Origin: Dehalococcoidia bacterium | GTDB lineage: Bacteria; Chloroflexota; Dehalococcoidia; Lucifugimonadales; CAJWER01 | DNA length: 64,000 nt | Direction: 5' to 3' | Assembly (NCBI GenBank): GCA_965209165.1 | Contig: CBDBQI010000006.1 | Location: 258,891-322,890, forward strand | Shown here: in pieces, positions 28,572-37,335 of the stretch | How positions within the stretch are numbered: the first letter of the stretch is position 1 | Layout of the letters: each line of letters starts with the position of its first letter | Made by a program: the position numbers and the translations under genes | Notes under the pieces: model-generated | Seen by the model: the letters and a program-made list of their open reading frames with translations, nothing else | The model's database searches: none | Told to the model about the DNA's origin: nothing

Positions 28572-30596
28572 CTAGACGTTAATCTCGCGCCTCTGTTCGG
28601 CGATGTGGAACTTCAGCTTCTTGCTCGGCTTCATCGAGGGAAGCGGGTTGAACTTGAGCTTGTAGTTCGCCGGCGACACTTCGAGCGTGAAGTGGTGCGC
28701 GACCATCAGCAGGTTGACGGCAAGCTGGAGCTCCATCCACCGGGAGCCCAGACACGTGTGCGGGCCCAGCCCGTACGGTGCATATCCTGGACTGCGGTGT
28801 TCGTTGCGTGGAGGCAGGTAGCGGTCGATATCGAATTTGTAGGGCTCAGGGAAGACGTCCTCCATGAAGTGAGCCGCTGTCTGGGCAATGTAGATCCGCG
28901 ATCCCACAGGCAGCTCGTAGTTCTCTACCACGCACGAATTCATCACGTTTCGGATAGACACTGGGACGATCGGGTACATGCGCAGGCATTCCATGAGGAA
29001 GCGATGGGTCACGTCTATCGCGGGCGGAGCGAAGTCCCCACTGGCCGGGTCGCCGTTGTCGAACAGGGCGTCGGCTTCACTCCGGATACTGTCGTAAAGG
29101 TCCGGCTGTGACGCCATCGCGTACAACGCAAAGCTGAAGGCGTCGCCAAGGTACACGCTGGCGATCAACGCCGCTGCGAGCTGGAAACGCAGTGTCGTCT
29201 CCGGCACGAACTGTGGATCGCTTGCGTGCAGGCTCAGCCAGTCGTCCGCAAGGCTCCGCGGAGCATCTTCCCGCTGCGCTGATGTATGGACGCTCTGGAC
29301 CCGTTGCAGCAGCGTATCCACGGCCTTCGCCTTGCGTTTCATGCCCGGGGTGTTAAGCATGAACTTAGGCAGGACCTTCACGATGTGGACGAGGAGTGCT
29401 CGTTCCTTGTACTTCGCCAGGTCGTCAAAGATGTCCTGGGAGTCAACGCTGACAAAAAGCGGCGAGAGCTGCGAGTTGACCATCTGCCGGCTCATGCTCG
29501 TTGCAGAGAGGGTGTCTCCAACCGCCCACCCCGCCATGTGCCCCCGACCGCAGCTGTAGAGACTGTTCAGCTGCCCTTCCAGTCTATGGCGGGAATACGC
29601 CGCCGACATGGCCTTTCGAAGCCGGAAGTGGTCGGCGCCATCCATGGAGGGCATGACTCCAGACGCGCCGTAGACCTGCTCGAAGTCACTAAAATAGTCC
29701 TTGGTCCTCAGGTATATTCGACCTCGCCGATGGGCCCAGTGATTCGTTTCCGGGCCGGCCAGCACAATCATGGGTTTGGCAAACGGCGGGCGCAGCTCGA
29801 ACACCGGGCCATGCTCTTTTGCGATGTCCGCAAAGAACGCGGCAACGTTACCGTCGCGGACATGTGGATTGAAGAGCGCCTGGCGCAGTGGGACGACCGG
29901 TATCTTTTTCGTGAGTGAAGACTGCCGAAGCAGCGGGCCCGCGAGGTTGTGGGAGACAGCCGCGGCGATCGACCGTCCGATCAGGTCCATCCTGCAGATG
30001 AACTGGATGCGCTCCTCCGCCGCGTCGTCCAGGTTGAATATGAACCGGAAGACGTCGCACGTATTGATGAGACAGATGATGATCACATCTCGCGGGTCGG
30101 GAATCTCGTTGTTGAAGATCACCTGGCCGATTCGCGTCTTTACAAACTGGACCGCGTCGCCCTCCGGAGAGCTGAACATGTCCGCATGCCGTGCGGAATG
30201 CGTCACCGTCCAGTAATCGCCGGAGTGGTGCTCCAGGACATCCATCTCGACCAGCCTATCCAGGGTAGAGTCGATTATCGACTCGGCGCGTGGAGCAATC
30301 CGCTCGACCCAGTACTGGGCGTTCCGCTGCACCGGCTCGGAAGCGATCTCCTCCAGGATGGGGTCCAGGACGGGGTTGCCGGTCTCCGTCTTGTCCAGGA
30401 GGTACAGGGACTCCATGTCCGTGTCGATTCGAGACAGCAGCGAGAGCTCCGCGAGCACGGAGCCGGCCACGGCGCAGTTCAGGTCCCAGCCGGGCACCTG
30501 GTGAAAGTAGCCGCTCTCCTCGTTGAGCAGCATCAGTATCAGCTCTGAGGGCAGAGTTAGCTGCTGGGTTGCCACACCGTCTTCTGTGAGAGTCAT
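28572..30596 (-). CDS. Cytochrome P450 with N-terminal GPP34/GOLPH3-like domain
   Basis: C-terminal heme loop YGLGPHTCLGSRW. The N-terminal about 220 aa (LPSELILMLLNEESGYF...LNCAVAGSVLAELSLLSRI...DPILEEI...PDPRDVIIICLINTCDV) follow the GPP34-family pattern. Confidence 0.8.
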   Translation of the reverse strand: MTLTEDGVATQQLTLPSELILMLLNEESGYFHQVPGWDLNCAVAGSVLAELSLLSRIDTDMESLYLLDKTETGNPVLDPILEEIASEPVQRNAQYWVERIAPRAESIIDSTLDRLVEMDVLEHHSGDYWTVTHSARHADMFSSPEGDAVQFVKTRIGQVIFNNEIPDPRDVIIICLINTCDVFRFIFNLDDAAEERIQFICRMDLIGRSIAAAVSHNLAGPLLRQSSLTKKIPVVPLRQALFNPHVRDGNVAAFFADIAKEHGPVFELRPPFAKPMIVLAGPETNHWAHRRGRIYLRTKDYFSDFEQVYGASGVMPSMDGADHFRLRKAMSAAYSRHRLEGQLNSLYSCGRGHMAGWAVGDTLSATSMSRQMVNSQLSPLFVSVDSQDIFDDLAKYKERALLVHIVKVLPKFMLNTPGMKRKAKAVDTLLQRVQSVHTSAQREDAPRSLADDWLSLHASDPQFVPETTLRFQLAAALIASVYLGDAFSFALYAMASQPDLYDSIRSEADALFDNGDPASGDFAPPAIDVTHRFLMECLRMYPIVPVSIRNVMNSCVVENYELPVGSRIYIAQTAAHFMEDVFPEPYKFDIDRYLPPRNEHRSPGYAPYGLGPHTCLGSRWMELQLAVNLLMVAHHFTLEVSPANYKLKFNPLPSMKPSKKLKFHIAEQRREINV

Positions 30597-30785
30597 TAGC
30601 CTTGCCCCCCTTGAATGGCCTTGCTAGACTCGTTAGGTATGCGCCGCCCCTGGCACCGCAACCAATTGACACTTTAGCATACAGCGTTCAGAGGGCGCAT
30701 ATGACACTTGGGCTAAGGTTTCGACCAATGCAACTCGGCACGGCAGACGTGTCGCCCAGGGTTCCCTGCAAGGGGCGATAAGGCG

Positions 30786-31838
30786 ATGGCAACCCGGCGA
30801 CGAGTGCCCACGGAAGATGCGGTACTTTCCCCGTTTCCCGAGGGCTGGTACTTCGTAGCGACCCGCGAGGCAGTGCTGAAGGAGAAGCTCGTCCAGAAGA
30901 CCTGGATGGGCGAAAATGTCGTGGTCTGGTGCGACGACAACGGGCGCGTCTGCGTCGCCGAAGCCGTCTGCCCGCACCTTGGGGCCGACCTGGGGCCAGC
31001 AGCCGGGGGATGCATCCGCGGCGGGCGGCTGCTCTGCCCCTTCCACGGCTACGAATTCGACGCCACCGGCCAGTGCGTCGCCACTCCCTTCGCAGAGCCG
31101 CCCAGGACCGCTAAGCTGCGCGTCTTCGAAACCCAGGAGATATTCGGCCTCATCTTCGCCTGGTGGGGCACCGGGGGACGCGAGCCCCAGTGGAGCCTGC
31201 CCGTGGGAACGCTGGATGCGGAGGGCTGGAGCGGCTTCGAGATCAGCACCCTCCGCTTCCCGGGCCACCCACAGGAGACGACCGAGAATTCGGTGGACCT
31301 GGCCCACCTGCGCTACGTCCACGGCTACGACAATGTCGAGCCCGTCGAGGAGGCTTTGGTGGACGGCCACCTACTCCAGGCCAGTTTCGACTTCAAGAGA
31401 AAGAGGACTATCGCCGGCGCCGTCAATCTCATCTTCGACGTGTCGGCCAGCGCCAGCATCTACGGGCTGGGCTACTCGTTCGTGGATATCCGCGAGAAGT
31501 CCATTGGATTGAACATGCGCCTCTGGGTGCTGGCGACGCCGATCGACGGCACCCTCATAGACCTGACGCTGGTCTCGCAGGTGCGGGAGATCCGCAGCCC
31601 GAAGCGCCTGATAGTGGGCCTGGGGTTCCTCCCCGTCGGACTGCGCGCGCCCCTCATCAACAAGTTCATGGCGTCCCAGCAGAAGGACGACGTCGAGCAG
31701 GACGTCATCATCTGGAGCAACAAGCAGTACGTTTCGCGCCCGCGCCTCTGCCGCTCAGACGGCAGGATCATGCCATTCAGGTACTGCTGCGCCCAGTTCT
31801 ACCCCGACCCTGGCGACTCCAACGGCTCCACTCCCTAA
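30786..31838 (+). CDS. Rieske [2Fe-2S] non-haem iron oxygenase, KshA / cholesterol-7-desaturase-like
   Basis: CPHLG..(17)..CPFHG Rieske ligands, ENSVDLAHLRYVH mononuclear-iron motif, and C-terminal DVEQDVIIWSNKQY...DGRIMPFR tail. Confidence 0.8.
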   Translation: MATRRRVPTEDAVLSPFPEGWYFVATREAVLKEKLVQKTWMGENVVVWCDDNGRVCVAEAVCPHLGADLGPAAGGCIRGGRLLCPFHGYEFDATGQCVATPFAEPPRTAKLRVFETQEIFGLIFAWWGTGGREPQWSLPVGTLDAEGWSGFEISTLRFPGHPQETTENSVDLAHLRYVHGYDNVEPVEEALVDGHLLQASFDFKRKRTIAGAVNLIFDVSASASIYGLGYSFVDIREKSIGLNMRLWVLATPIDGTLIDLTLVSQVREIRSPKRLIVGLGFLPVGLRAPLINKFMASQQKDDVEQDVIIWSNKQYVSRPRLCRSDGRIMPFRYCCAQFYPDPGDSNGSTP

Positions 31839-31910
31839 GACGGGAGAGGGCTAGGAAGTCCGCTCACCCTAAGCCGGGATGGTAAGCCGCACCCGCCGCC
31901 CCTCTGGGTT

Positions 31911-31929
31911 CCCCGTATCGAGTACGGGG
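31911..31929. repeat. Hairpin CCCCGTA-N5-TACGGGG (family D hairpin module)
   Basis: ccccgtatcgagtacgggg. The same stem with the reverse-complemented loop occurs at 58794..58812. Confidence 0.5.
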
Positions 31930-31989
31930 CAGGCTCTGCCTCCGCAGGAACGACGATTGGGTGAGCAGTGTCAGCTCTGTACTCCTGCG

Positions 31990-33348
31990 CTATGCCTTCC
32001 TGAACCGCGACCCGTACAGGATCCCCCCGTAGTAGTTGAACCACCCCTTCGCCTCGACATCGTCGAACGGGTAGTCCGCGCCCAGCTGCCTTGCGGCGGC
32101 GAGCCCGGTCACGAAGCAAGTCTCCTGGCTGTTCACCAGCGTGTGGGCGCCGCAGTGCCACGACCGACGCCTGCCTTGGATGAACCGGAATAGGTAGACG
32201 AGCAGCGCCACGTGCCGCACGTCATGGACGACGTGCTGGAACGTTCGCCTCCCGATGACCTTCCCCTCGTCGATGGGGTTGACCGCGTTGTAGGTCACAA
32301 GGCAGGGCTTGTCCGACCCGCCGGCCCACGGCTGCTGGTTGTGCATGATGTACGTGATCTCGTAGTTATCCGGCTTCGCGCCGTACTGCTCGATGTAGTT
32401 GCTCCGCGTCCCCAGCGGCTTCGCCTCGTTGTCAGGCAGCACTGAAGCGTCCGAGTGGACGACCGCCCGGCCGTGGAGCGAGTCGTCGTAGCGTATCGAC
32501 GACAGTATGTAGCGCTCGAGAAACGTGGGCTTGTCGAGAATCGCCAGCGTCTGGTTCGCGTTGCACGCGAATACCACCTCGTCGAACGTCTCCCTTACGC
32601 CCTCCTCGTCCTCGACCACCACGCGCTCGGCCTCCCTGTACACCTTCCGGACGGGCCGTCCCAGGTAGATCTTGTCCCGGAAGTCCACCGACAGGTTCTC
32701 GTAGATGCGCCGCGTTCCCCGGTCCCACGTGTGCAGGGGAGTGGCGGACTCGATGTCGAAGAACTCCAGGTACCTCGCGAACAGCGCCGCGGGCATGGAG
32801 AACACGTCCGTCGCCATCAGGAAGTTGACGAACATCGGCTTCAGTACCTTGTACCTGAAGTCGTCGGAGAACCCGCCCAGCCTCAGGACCGTCCCCATGC
32901 TGACGTAGTTGAACGGGTTGAGCGCGTTCAGCAGCTTCGACCGGGAGCGGGTCAGCCAGCCGATCCGGTGGAGCCGGCCCAGGACCCGCTGGAACTTCTC
33001 GATCTCGGGCTGGAGCTGCTCCCTTAGGTCGGAGTCGAAGTCGTGGGCGTAGAGTTGGCCGCCGTACCTCACGCTGTAGCTGAACCTGGTGTCGACCAGC
33101 TCGATGCCGAACCGCTCCATCAGCAGCAGGATGTGGTGGTACACGGACGGAATGCAGGCCGTGACGGAAATGTCGAAGGGGATCGAGCTACCGTCGTCCT
33201 GCGGCATGTCTGCCGTAACCGCGTTCCCGCCGATCTGAGCCTCGGCCTCGAACAGCCGGAAGTCGAACCGGTCCGCGTGGTGGCTCAGCGCCCACGCGGC
33301 GCCCAGCCCCGAAACGCCCCCGCCGACAATGGCAATCCGCCGCACCAC
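31990..33348 (-). CDS. FAD/NAD(P)-binding amine-oxidase-fold oxidoreductase
   Basis: GTG start with an AAGGAGAGG RBS. The N-terminal Rossmann motif is IAIVGGGVSGLGAAWAL. Overall it resembles the flavoproteins often found next to lipid methyltransferase or cyclopropane synthase genes. Confidence 0.7.
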   Translation of the reverse strand: MVRRIAIVGGGVSGLGAAWALSHHADRFDFRLFEAEAQIGGNAVTADMPQDDGSSIPFDISVTACIPSVYHHILLLMERFGIELVDTRFSYSVRYGGQLYAHDFDSDLREQLQPEIEKFQRVLGRLHRIGWLTRSRSKLLNALNPFNYVSMGTVLRLGGFSDDFRYKVLKPMFVNFLMATDVFSMPAALFARYLEFFDIESATPLHTWDRGTRRIYENLSVDFRDKIYLGRPVRKVYREAERVVVEDEEGVRETFDEVVFACNANQTLAILDKPTFLERYILSSIRYDDSLHGRAVVHSDASVLPDNEAKPLGTRSNYIEQYGAKPDNYEITYIMHNQQPWAGGSDKPCLVTYNAVNPIDEGKVIGRRTFQHVVHDVRHVALLVYLFRFIQGRRRSWHCGAHTLVNSQETCFVTGLAAARQLGADYPFDDVEAKGWFNYYGGILYGSRFRKA

Positions 33349-33452
33349 CGGACCTTACCTCTCCTTCTAGCCGCGGCATCGTATCCTACCACCGCCCTGC
33401 CTGCTGCCTAAGCAACTACCGCAAGATGCTTTCCGCAAGTCCTGGACGGGAA

Positions 33453-33489
33453 GATCGTTCGCCCTGAGCTTGTCGAAGGGCAGTGCTCC
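33453..33489 (+). repeat. Intergenic repeat family D (GATCGTTCGCCCTGAGCTTGTCGAAGGG-CAGTGCTCC), copy 1
   Basis: Matches 58762..58823 except that the latter carries a 24-nt hairpin insertion between the two halves. Confidence 0.6.
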
Positions 33490-33646
33490 ACTAGTGCACA
33501 CCCCTTGAGCAATGTCCTACGCGAAGTTCGAACAAGCGAGACTGACACCGGTGCGGTCCCAACGACAAGGACCCCTCATCGCAGCGCACTTTCATTGACC
33601 GGGTGTCATATCATTCCTGCCACAGCCGATTCCGGAGCACAGCCAC

Positions 33647-35053
33647 ATGAACAAACGCGCTTGCGACACACTCATCCGCAGCGGCCAGGTCATCACCATA
33701 GATTCCGAGCGCAGGATCTACCGCCCGGGCGCGGTGGCGGTCACCGGGTCGCGCATCGTGGAGGTCGGGCCCGACGCCGATCTGCGTAGCCGCTACGACG
33801 CAACGGAGACCATCGACGCCGGGGGCGGCATCGTCCACCCGGGCTTCATCGACGCCCACAACCACATCGTGCATACGTCCTGCCGCGGCGTCGGCACGCT
33901 CCGCGACGACACCCCGTCGCCCGTCAACTTCGCCGACTGGAAGGCCGGCGTCATCGATGAGGATGAGGCGGCGGCCACGGCAATGGCCGGCGTCGAGATG
34001 CTGCGGAGCGGCTTCACCATGTTCATCGAGCCCGGTTCCCTCTTCTCGACGGCGGCGGCAGCGGAGGCCGTCGAGCGGGTGGGCATGCGCGCGCTATTCG
34101 CCCCGCTCTACCTCTGGGACAGGCGCGAGTGCTTCGAGGCGGTGCCGTCCTTATACAGCCCGAGCCTCATGACCCGCGCTCCCATCGACCTCGACCGCTC
34201 GCTGGCCCAGCTCGACGCGGAGCTTCACCGGAATAGCGACCCCGACGCCCTGGTGCGCGGCTACGTCTTCGTCTACGGCGTGGGGACCGCCTCGGCCGAG
34301 CTGATGCGGGCCGCCCACGCGTGCGCCCGAGACAACGACGTGCCTCTCCAGCTACACGCCGGCTATGTCCCCGGCGAGGCCGAGATCTACCGCGGGATGA
34401 CCGGACTCAGCCAGATGTTACACCTGCGCGACCTGGGCGTCCTCGACGAGCACACCGTCATCATCCACGCCAACGTGCTGGATGACGACGAGGAGGCCGC
34501 GGTCCGCGAGACGGGCTGCGAGGTCGTGTGGTGCCCGGCCGCCTTCTTCTCCCTCGGCCTTGGCCGAAGCGCGAGCTTCCGCATGGTGGAGCGCTACAGG
34601 CAGGGCACCCGCGTCGCCCTCGGAACCGACGGCGCGTTCGCGTGCACTCCCGCCGGTATCATGCCCGCGGCCCACTATGCGGCCCAGGCCTACGGCGACC
34701 CCCTGTCGCCCGGCGCGCTGCTCGAAATGCAGACCATCAACGGCGCCGCTGCCGCCGGGCTGGAGGCGGAGCTGGGAAGCCTGGATCCGGGCAAGCGCGC
34801 CGACATCGTGGTCCGCTCCGCCCGGGCGTCCGAGGCCCACCCGGACAACAACCCGGTCCACCTGCTGGCCCTGACGATGGGAACAGGCACCGTCGACACG
34901 GTCCTCGTCGACGGCCAGGTAGTCCTCCGCGATGGCCGCTCCACCCGCGTCGACGAGCCCGAGGTCTACCGCGCCGTCTCGGACTCCGTAACCGCCCGCG
35001 CAGCCCGCCTAGGCATCGACCTGACTCCCGAGTGGCCGACTGTAGGCTCTTAG
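33647..35053 (+). CDS. Amidohydrolase-superfamily hydrolase (chlorohydrolase/deaminase-like)
   Basis: HPGFIDAHNHIVH metal-binding motif, and further His/Asp positions (LQLHAG, IIHANV, GTDGA). Confidence 0.75.
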   Translation: MNKRACDTLIRSGQVITIDSERRIYRPGAVAVTGSRIVEVGPDADLRSRYDATETIDAGGGIVHPGFIDAHNHIVHTSCRGVGTLRDDTPSPVNFADWKAGVIDEDEAAATAMAGVEMLRSGFTMFIEPGSLFSTAAAAEAVERVGMRALFAPLYLWDRRECFEAVPSLYSPSLMTRAPIDLDRSLAQLDAELHRNSDPDALVRGYVFVYGVGTASAELMRAAHACARDNDVPLQLHAGYVPGEAEIYRGMTGLSQMLHLRDLGVLDEHTVIIHANVLDDDEEAAVRETGCEVVWCPAAFFSLGLGRSASFRMVERYRQGTRVALGTDGAFACTPAGIMPAAHYAAQAYGDPLSPGALLEMQTINGAAAAGLEAELGSLDPGKRADIVVRSARASEAHPDNNPVHLLALTMGTGTVDTVLVDGQVVLRDGRSTRVDEPEVYRAVSDSVTARAARLGIDLTPEWPTVGS

Positions 35054-35123
35054 ACATGTCGGGAATTTGACCGACGGGGACTGATAGACTAGTCTGATAT
35101 CTAGTCGGCATGAGGCAAATGCG

Positions 35124-35399
35124 TTGAGTGAAGGGCAAGTGAACAACACGTGGCAGGTGCAGGAAGCCAAGGCGCGCTTCAGCGAGATGCTGGAGACGTC
35201 CCTGGCCGACGGCCCTCAAGTCGTCACCAAGCATGGTGTCGAGACAGCAGTGCTCGTCCCTATCGAGGAGTGGCGCCGCTTGGTGCGCATGACCAAGCCG
35301 AACCTCAAAGAACTGCTCCTCGCCCCCGAGCCCCGTACCGATGCGCTGACACCCCCACGACGTGAGCTCTCTCGACGCGAGCCCCCCAGGCTCGACTAG
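35124..35399 (+). CDS. Phd/YefM-type antitoxin (VapB-like)
   Basis: WQVQEAKARFSEMLE...GPQVVTKHGVETAVLVPIEEW is the typical Phd/YefM N-terminal fold. TTG start (a GTG 15 nt downstream is possible). Immediately upstream of the PIN toxin. Confidence 0.7.
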   Translation: MSEGQVNNTWQVQEAKARFSEMLETSLADGPQVVTKHGVETAVLVPIEEWRRLVRMTKPNLKELLLAPEPRTDALTPPRRELSRREPPRLD

Positions 35400-35404
35400 A
35401 CCGC

Positions 35405-35836
35405 TTGTACCTTCTCGACACCAACATAGTCTCCGAGCTGCGCCGGACTAGGCCGCACCCCTCGGTGCTACAGTGGATACAGGGAGTGCCAGCAGAGCAG
35501 CTCTACCTGTCCGCGGTCACCATTGGCGAACTCCAGGCGGGAATCGAAATCACTCGAGAACAGGACCCCGTCCGGGCGAGCGAACTGGAAACTTGGCTCC
35601 ATATGGTCATGGACACCTACAGCATACTTGACATGGACGCAACCGCCTTCCGAGAGTGGGCAAGGCTCATGCACCGCCAGTCCAACACCCTAATCCAAGA
35701 TGCCTTAATAGCCGTTGTCGCCAACGTCCACAGGCTAACCGTCGTGACCCGCAACGTCAGAGACTTCGAGCAGCTCGGTGTCCAAGTGCTCGATCCGTTC
35801 GCCCTTCCTGGATCGACCCCGACCAGGAGAACCTGA
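35405..35836 (+). CDS. vapC: PIN-domain toxin VapC
   Basis: YLLDTNIVSE (first acidic residue), TIGELQAGI, and ALIAVVANVHRLTVVTRNVRDF (C-terminal acidic residue). Confidence 0.8.
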   Translation: MYLLDTNIVSELRRTRPHPSVLQWIQGVPAEQLYLSAVTIGELQAGIEITREQDPVRASELETWLHMVMDTYSILDMDATAFREWARLMHRQSNTLIQDALIAVVANVHRLTVVTRNVRDFEQLGVQVLDPFALPGSTPTRRT

Positions 35837-37335
35837 TGATCACCGCCGACGACTGTCGAGCCCTAGGGACCGAGAAGCACGTATTCGTCGACTGGGAGCT
35901 CGTCGAGCCGGGCTACGGCGTTGCGTGGGCGGGCGTATCGCCCGGCGCATGGGAGATGCCGGCCGGCGTGAGGCTCGCCGTCCACAGGCCGCGCATCGAC
36001 GACGGGCCATTCATACAGGCCGACAGGCCGTGGGAGGCCGCAATCGGCAGCCACGGCACCGTATTCGAGGACGGCGGCGTGTACCGCTTCTACTACCGCG
36101 TCCGCACCAGCGCGACGGGCGGCGACGCCTCGTCGCCCATGCTGCTCGCCTATGCCGAGTCGACCGACGGCGCGACCTGGACCAAGCCCACCATAGGCAC
36201 AGTCGAGATCGACGGCTCGAAGGACAACAACGTCGTATACGGCCTGAACGTCGCCCGCGGCCGCTCCGTCAACAGCGCCTGCGTATTCAGTGACCCCACT
36301 GGCGGCACGAGCGACCGTTACAAGCTGCTCTACCGCGACCCAACGGACGACGTCCACCACCTCTACGGGGCCGTGTCGCCCGATGGGCTGCACTGGGAGA
36401 CCCTCGACGAGCCGATCATCCCCAACTACTTCAGCGACACCCACAACGTCGCCGGCTACGACCCCAGGCGAGGCCGGTATGTCGCCTACGTCCGCGGCTG
36501 GACCCGGTTCCGGCGCGGCGGGTTCCACGGGCGCCGCACGATCGCCCACGCCGCCTCGGACCGCTTCGACGCCTGGCCGCGCCCCGAGCCCGTATACGCG
36601 CCCGACGCCCTCGACGGCCCCGACACCGACATCTACACCAACGCGTATACCCCCTGGCCCGGCGCAGACGCATACCTGATGTTCCCCGCCTTCTATCAGC
36701 GCAGCGCCGACATCGTCGAGACGCAGATGCTCACCAGCCGCGACGGCGTGAGCTGGCAGCGCCTCACCCGCGAGCCCGTGGTGCCCGGGGGCGAGCCGGG
36801 CACCGACGCCGAGGGCGGCTACTACGCCGGCGCGGGGCTCGCCAGCTTCCGTCCCGGCGAGGTGTCGCTGTTCGTCTCGCCCACCTGGCACACCCACAAC
36901 GAGGGCCACTACCGCAGCACCCGCGCATCCGGAACCCACCGGGGCTACTGGTCGACCGCCACCTGGCGCGAGGACGGCTTCGTGTCGATCGAGGCCCCGG
37001 ACGAGGGCAGCTTCACGACCATACCCATCACGTTCGATGGGGCACGGTTCACCATCAACGCGTGGACGAGGTTCGGCGGCGAGATCAGCTTCGAGCTGGC
37101 CGACGCCTCCGCCGAAGACATGGGACGCTTCGGAGAAGGCGCCCCCGCCGCCAACGCCGCGCCCATACCGGGCAGGGCCTTCGCCGACTGCGACCCCTTC
37201 ACCGGCGACTCCACCGGCCACACCGTGACCTGGAGCGGCGAGTCCGACATTTCGGCGTGGGCGGGCCGCCCCGTGAGGCTGCGCGTCAGGATGCGCCGCG
37301 CCAGGCTCTACGCCCTGCAGGCCGTCACCCCATGA
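35836..37335 (+). CDS. Asp-box (BNR) repeat beta-propeller protein, putative glycoside hydrolase
   Basis: Track ORF trimmed to ATG 35836, whose first base is the last base of the vapC TGA. Asp-box-like motifs: STDGATWTK, SPDGLHWE, SRDGVSWQ. Confidence 0.6.
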   Translation: MITADDCRALGTEKHVFVDWELVEPGYGVAWAGVSPGAWEMPAGVRLAVHRPRIDDGPFIQADRPWEAAIGSHGTVFEDGGVYRFYYRVRTSATGGDASSPMLLAYAESTDGATWTKPTIGTVEIDGSKDNNVVYGLNVARGRSVNSACVFSDPTGGTSDRYKLLYRDPTDDVHHLYGAVSPDGLHWETLDEPIIPNYFSDTHNVAGYDPRRGRYVAYVRGWTRFRRGGFHGRRTIAHAASDRFDAWPRPEPVYAPDALDGPDTDIYTNAYTPWPGADAYLMFPAFYQRSADIVETQMLTSRDGVSWQRLTREPVVPGGEPGTDAEGGYYAGAGLASFRPGEVSLFVSPTWHTHNEGHYRSTRASGTHRGYWSTATWREDGFVSIEAPDEGSFTTIPITFDGARFTINAWTRFGGEISFELADASAEDMGRFGEGAPAANAAPIPGRAFADCDPFTGDSTGHTVTWSGESDISAWAGRPVRLRVRMRRARLYALQAVTP

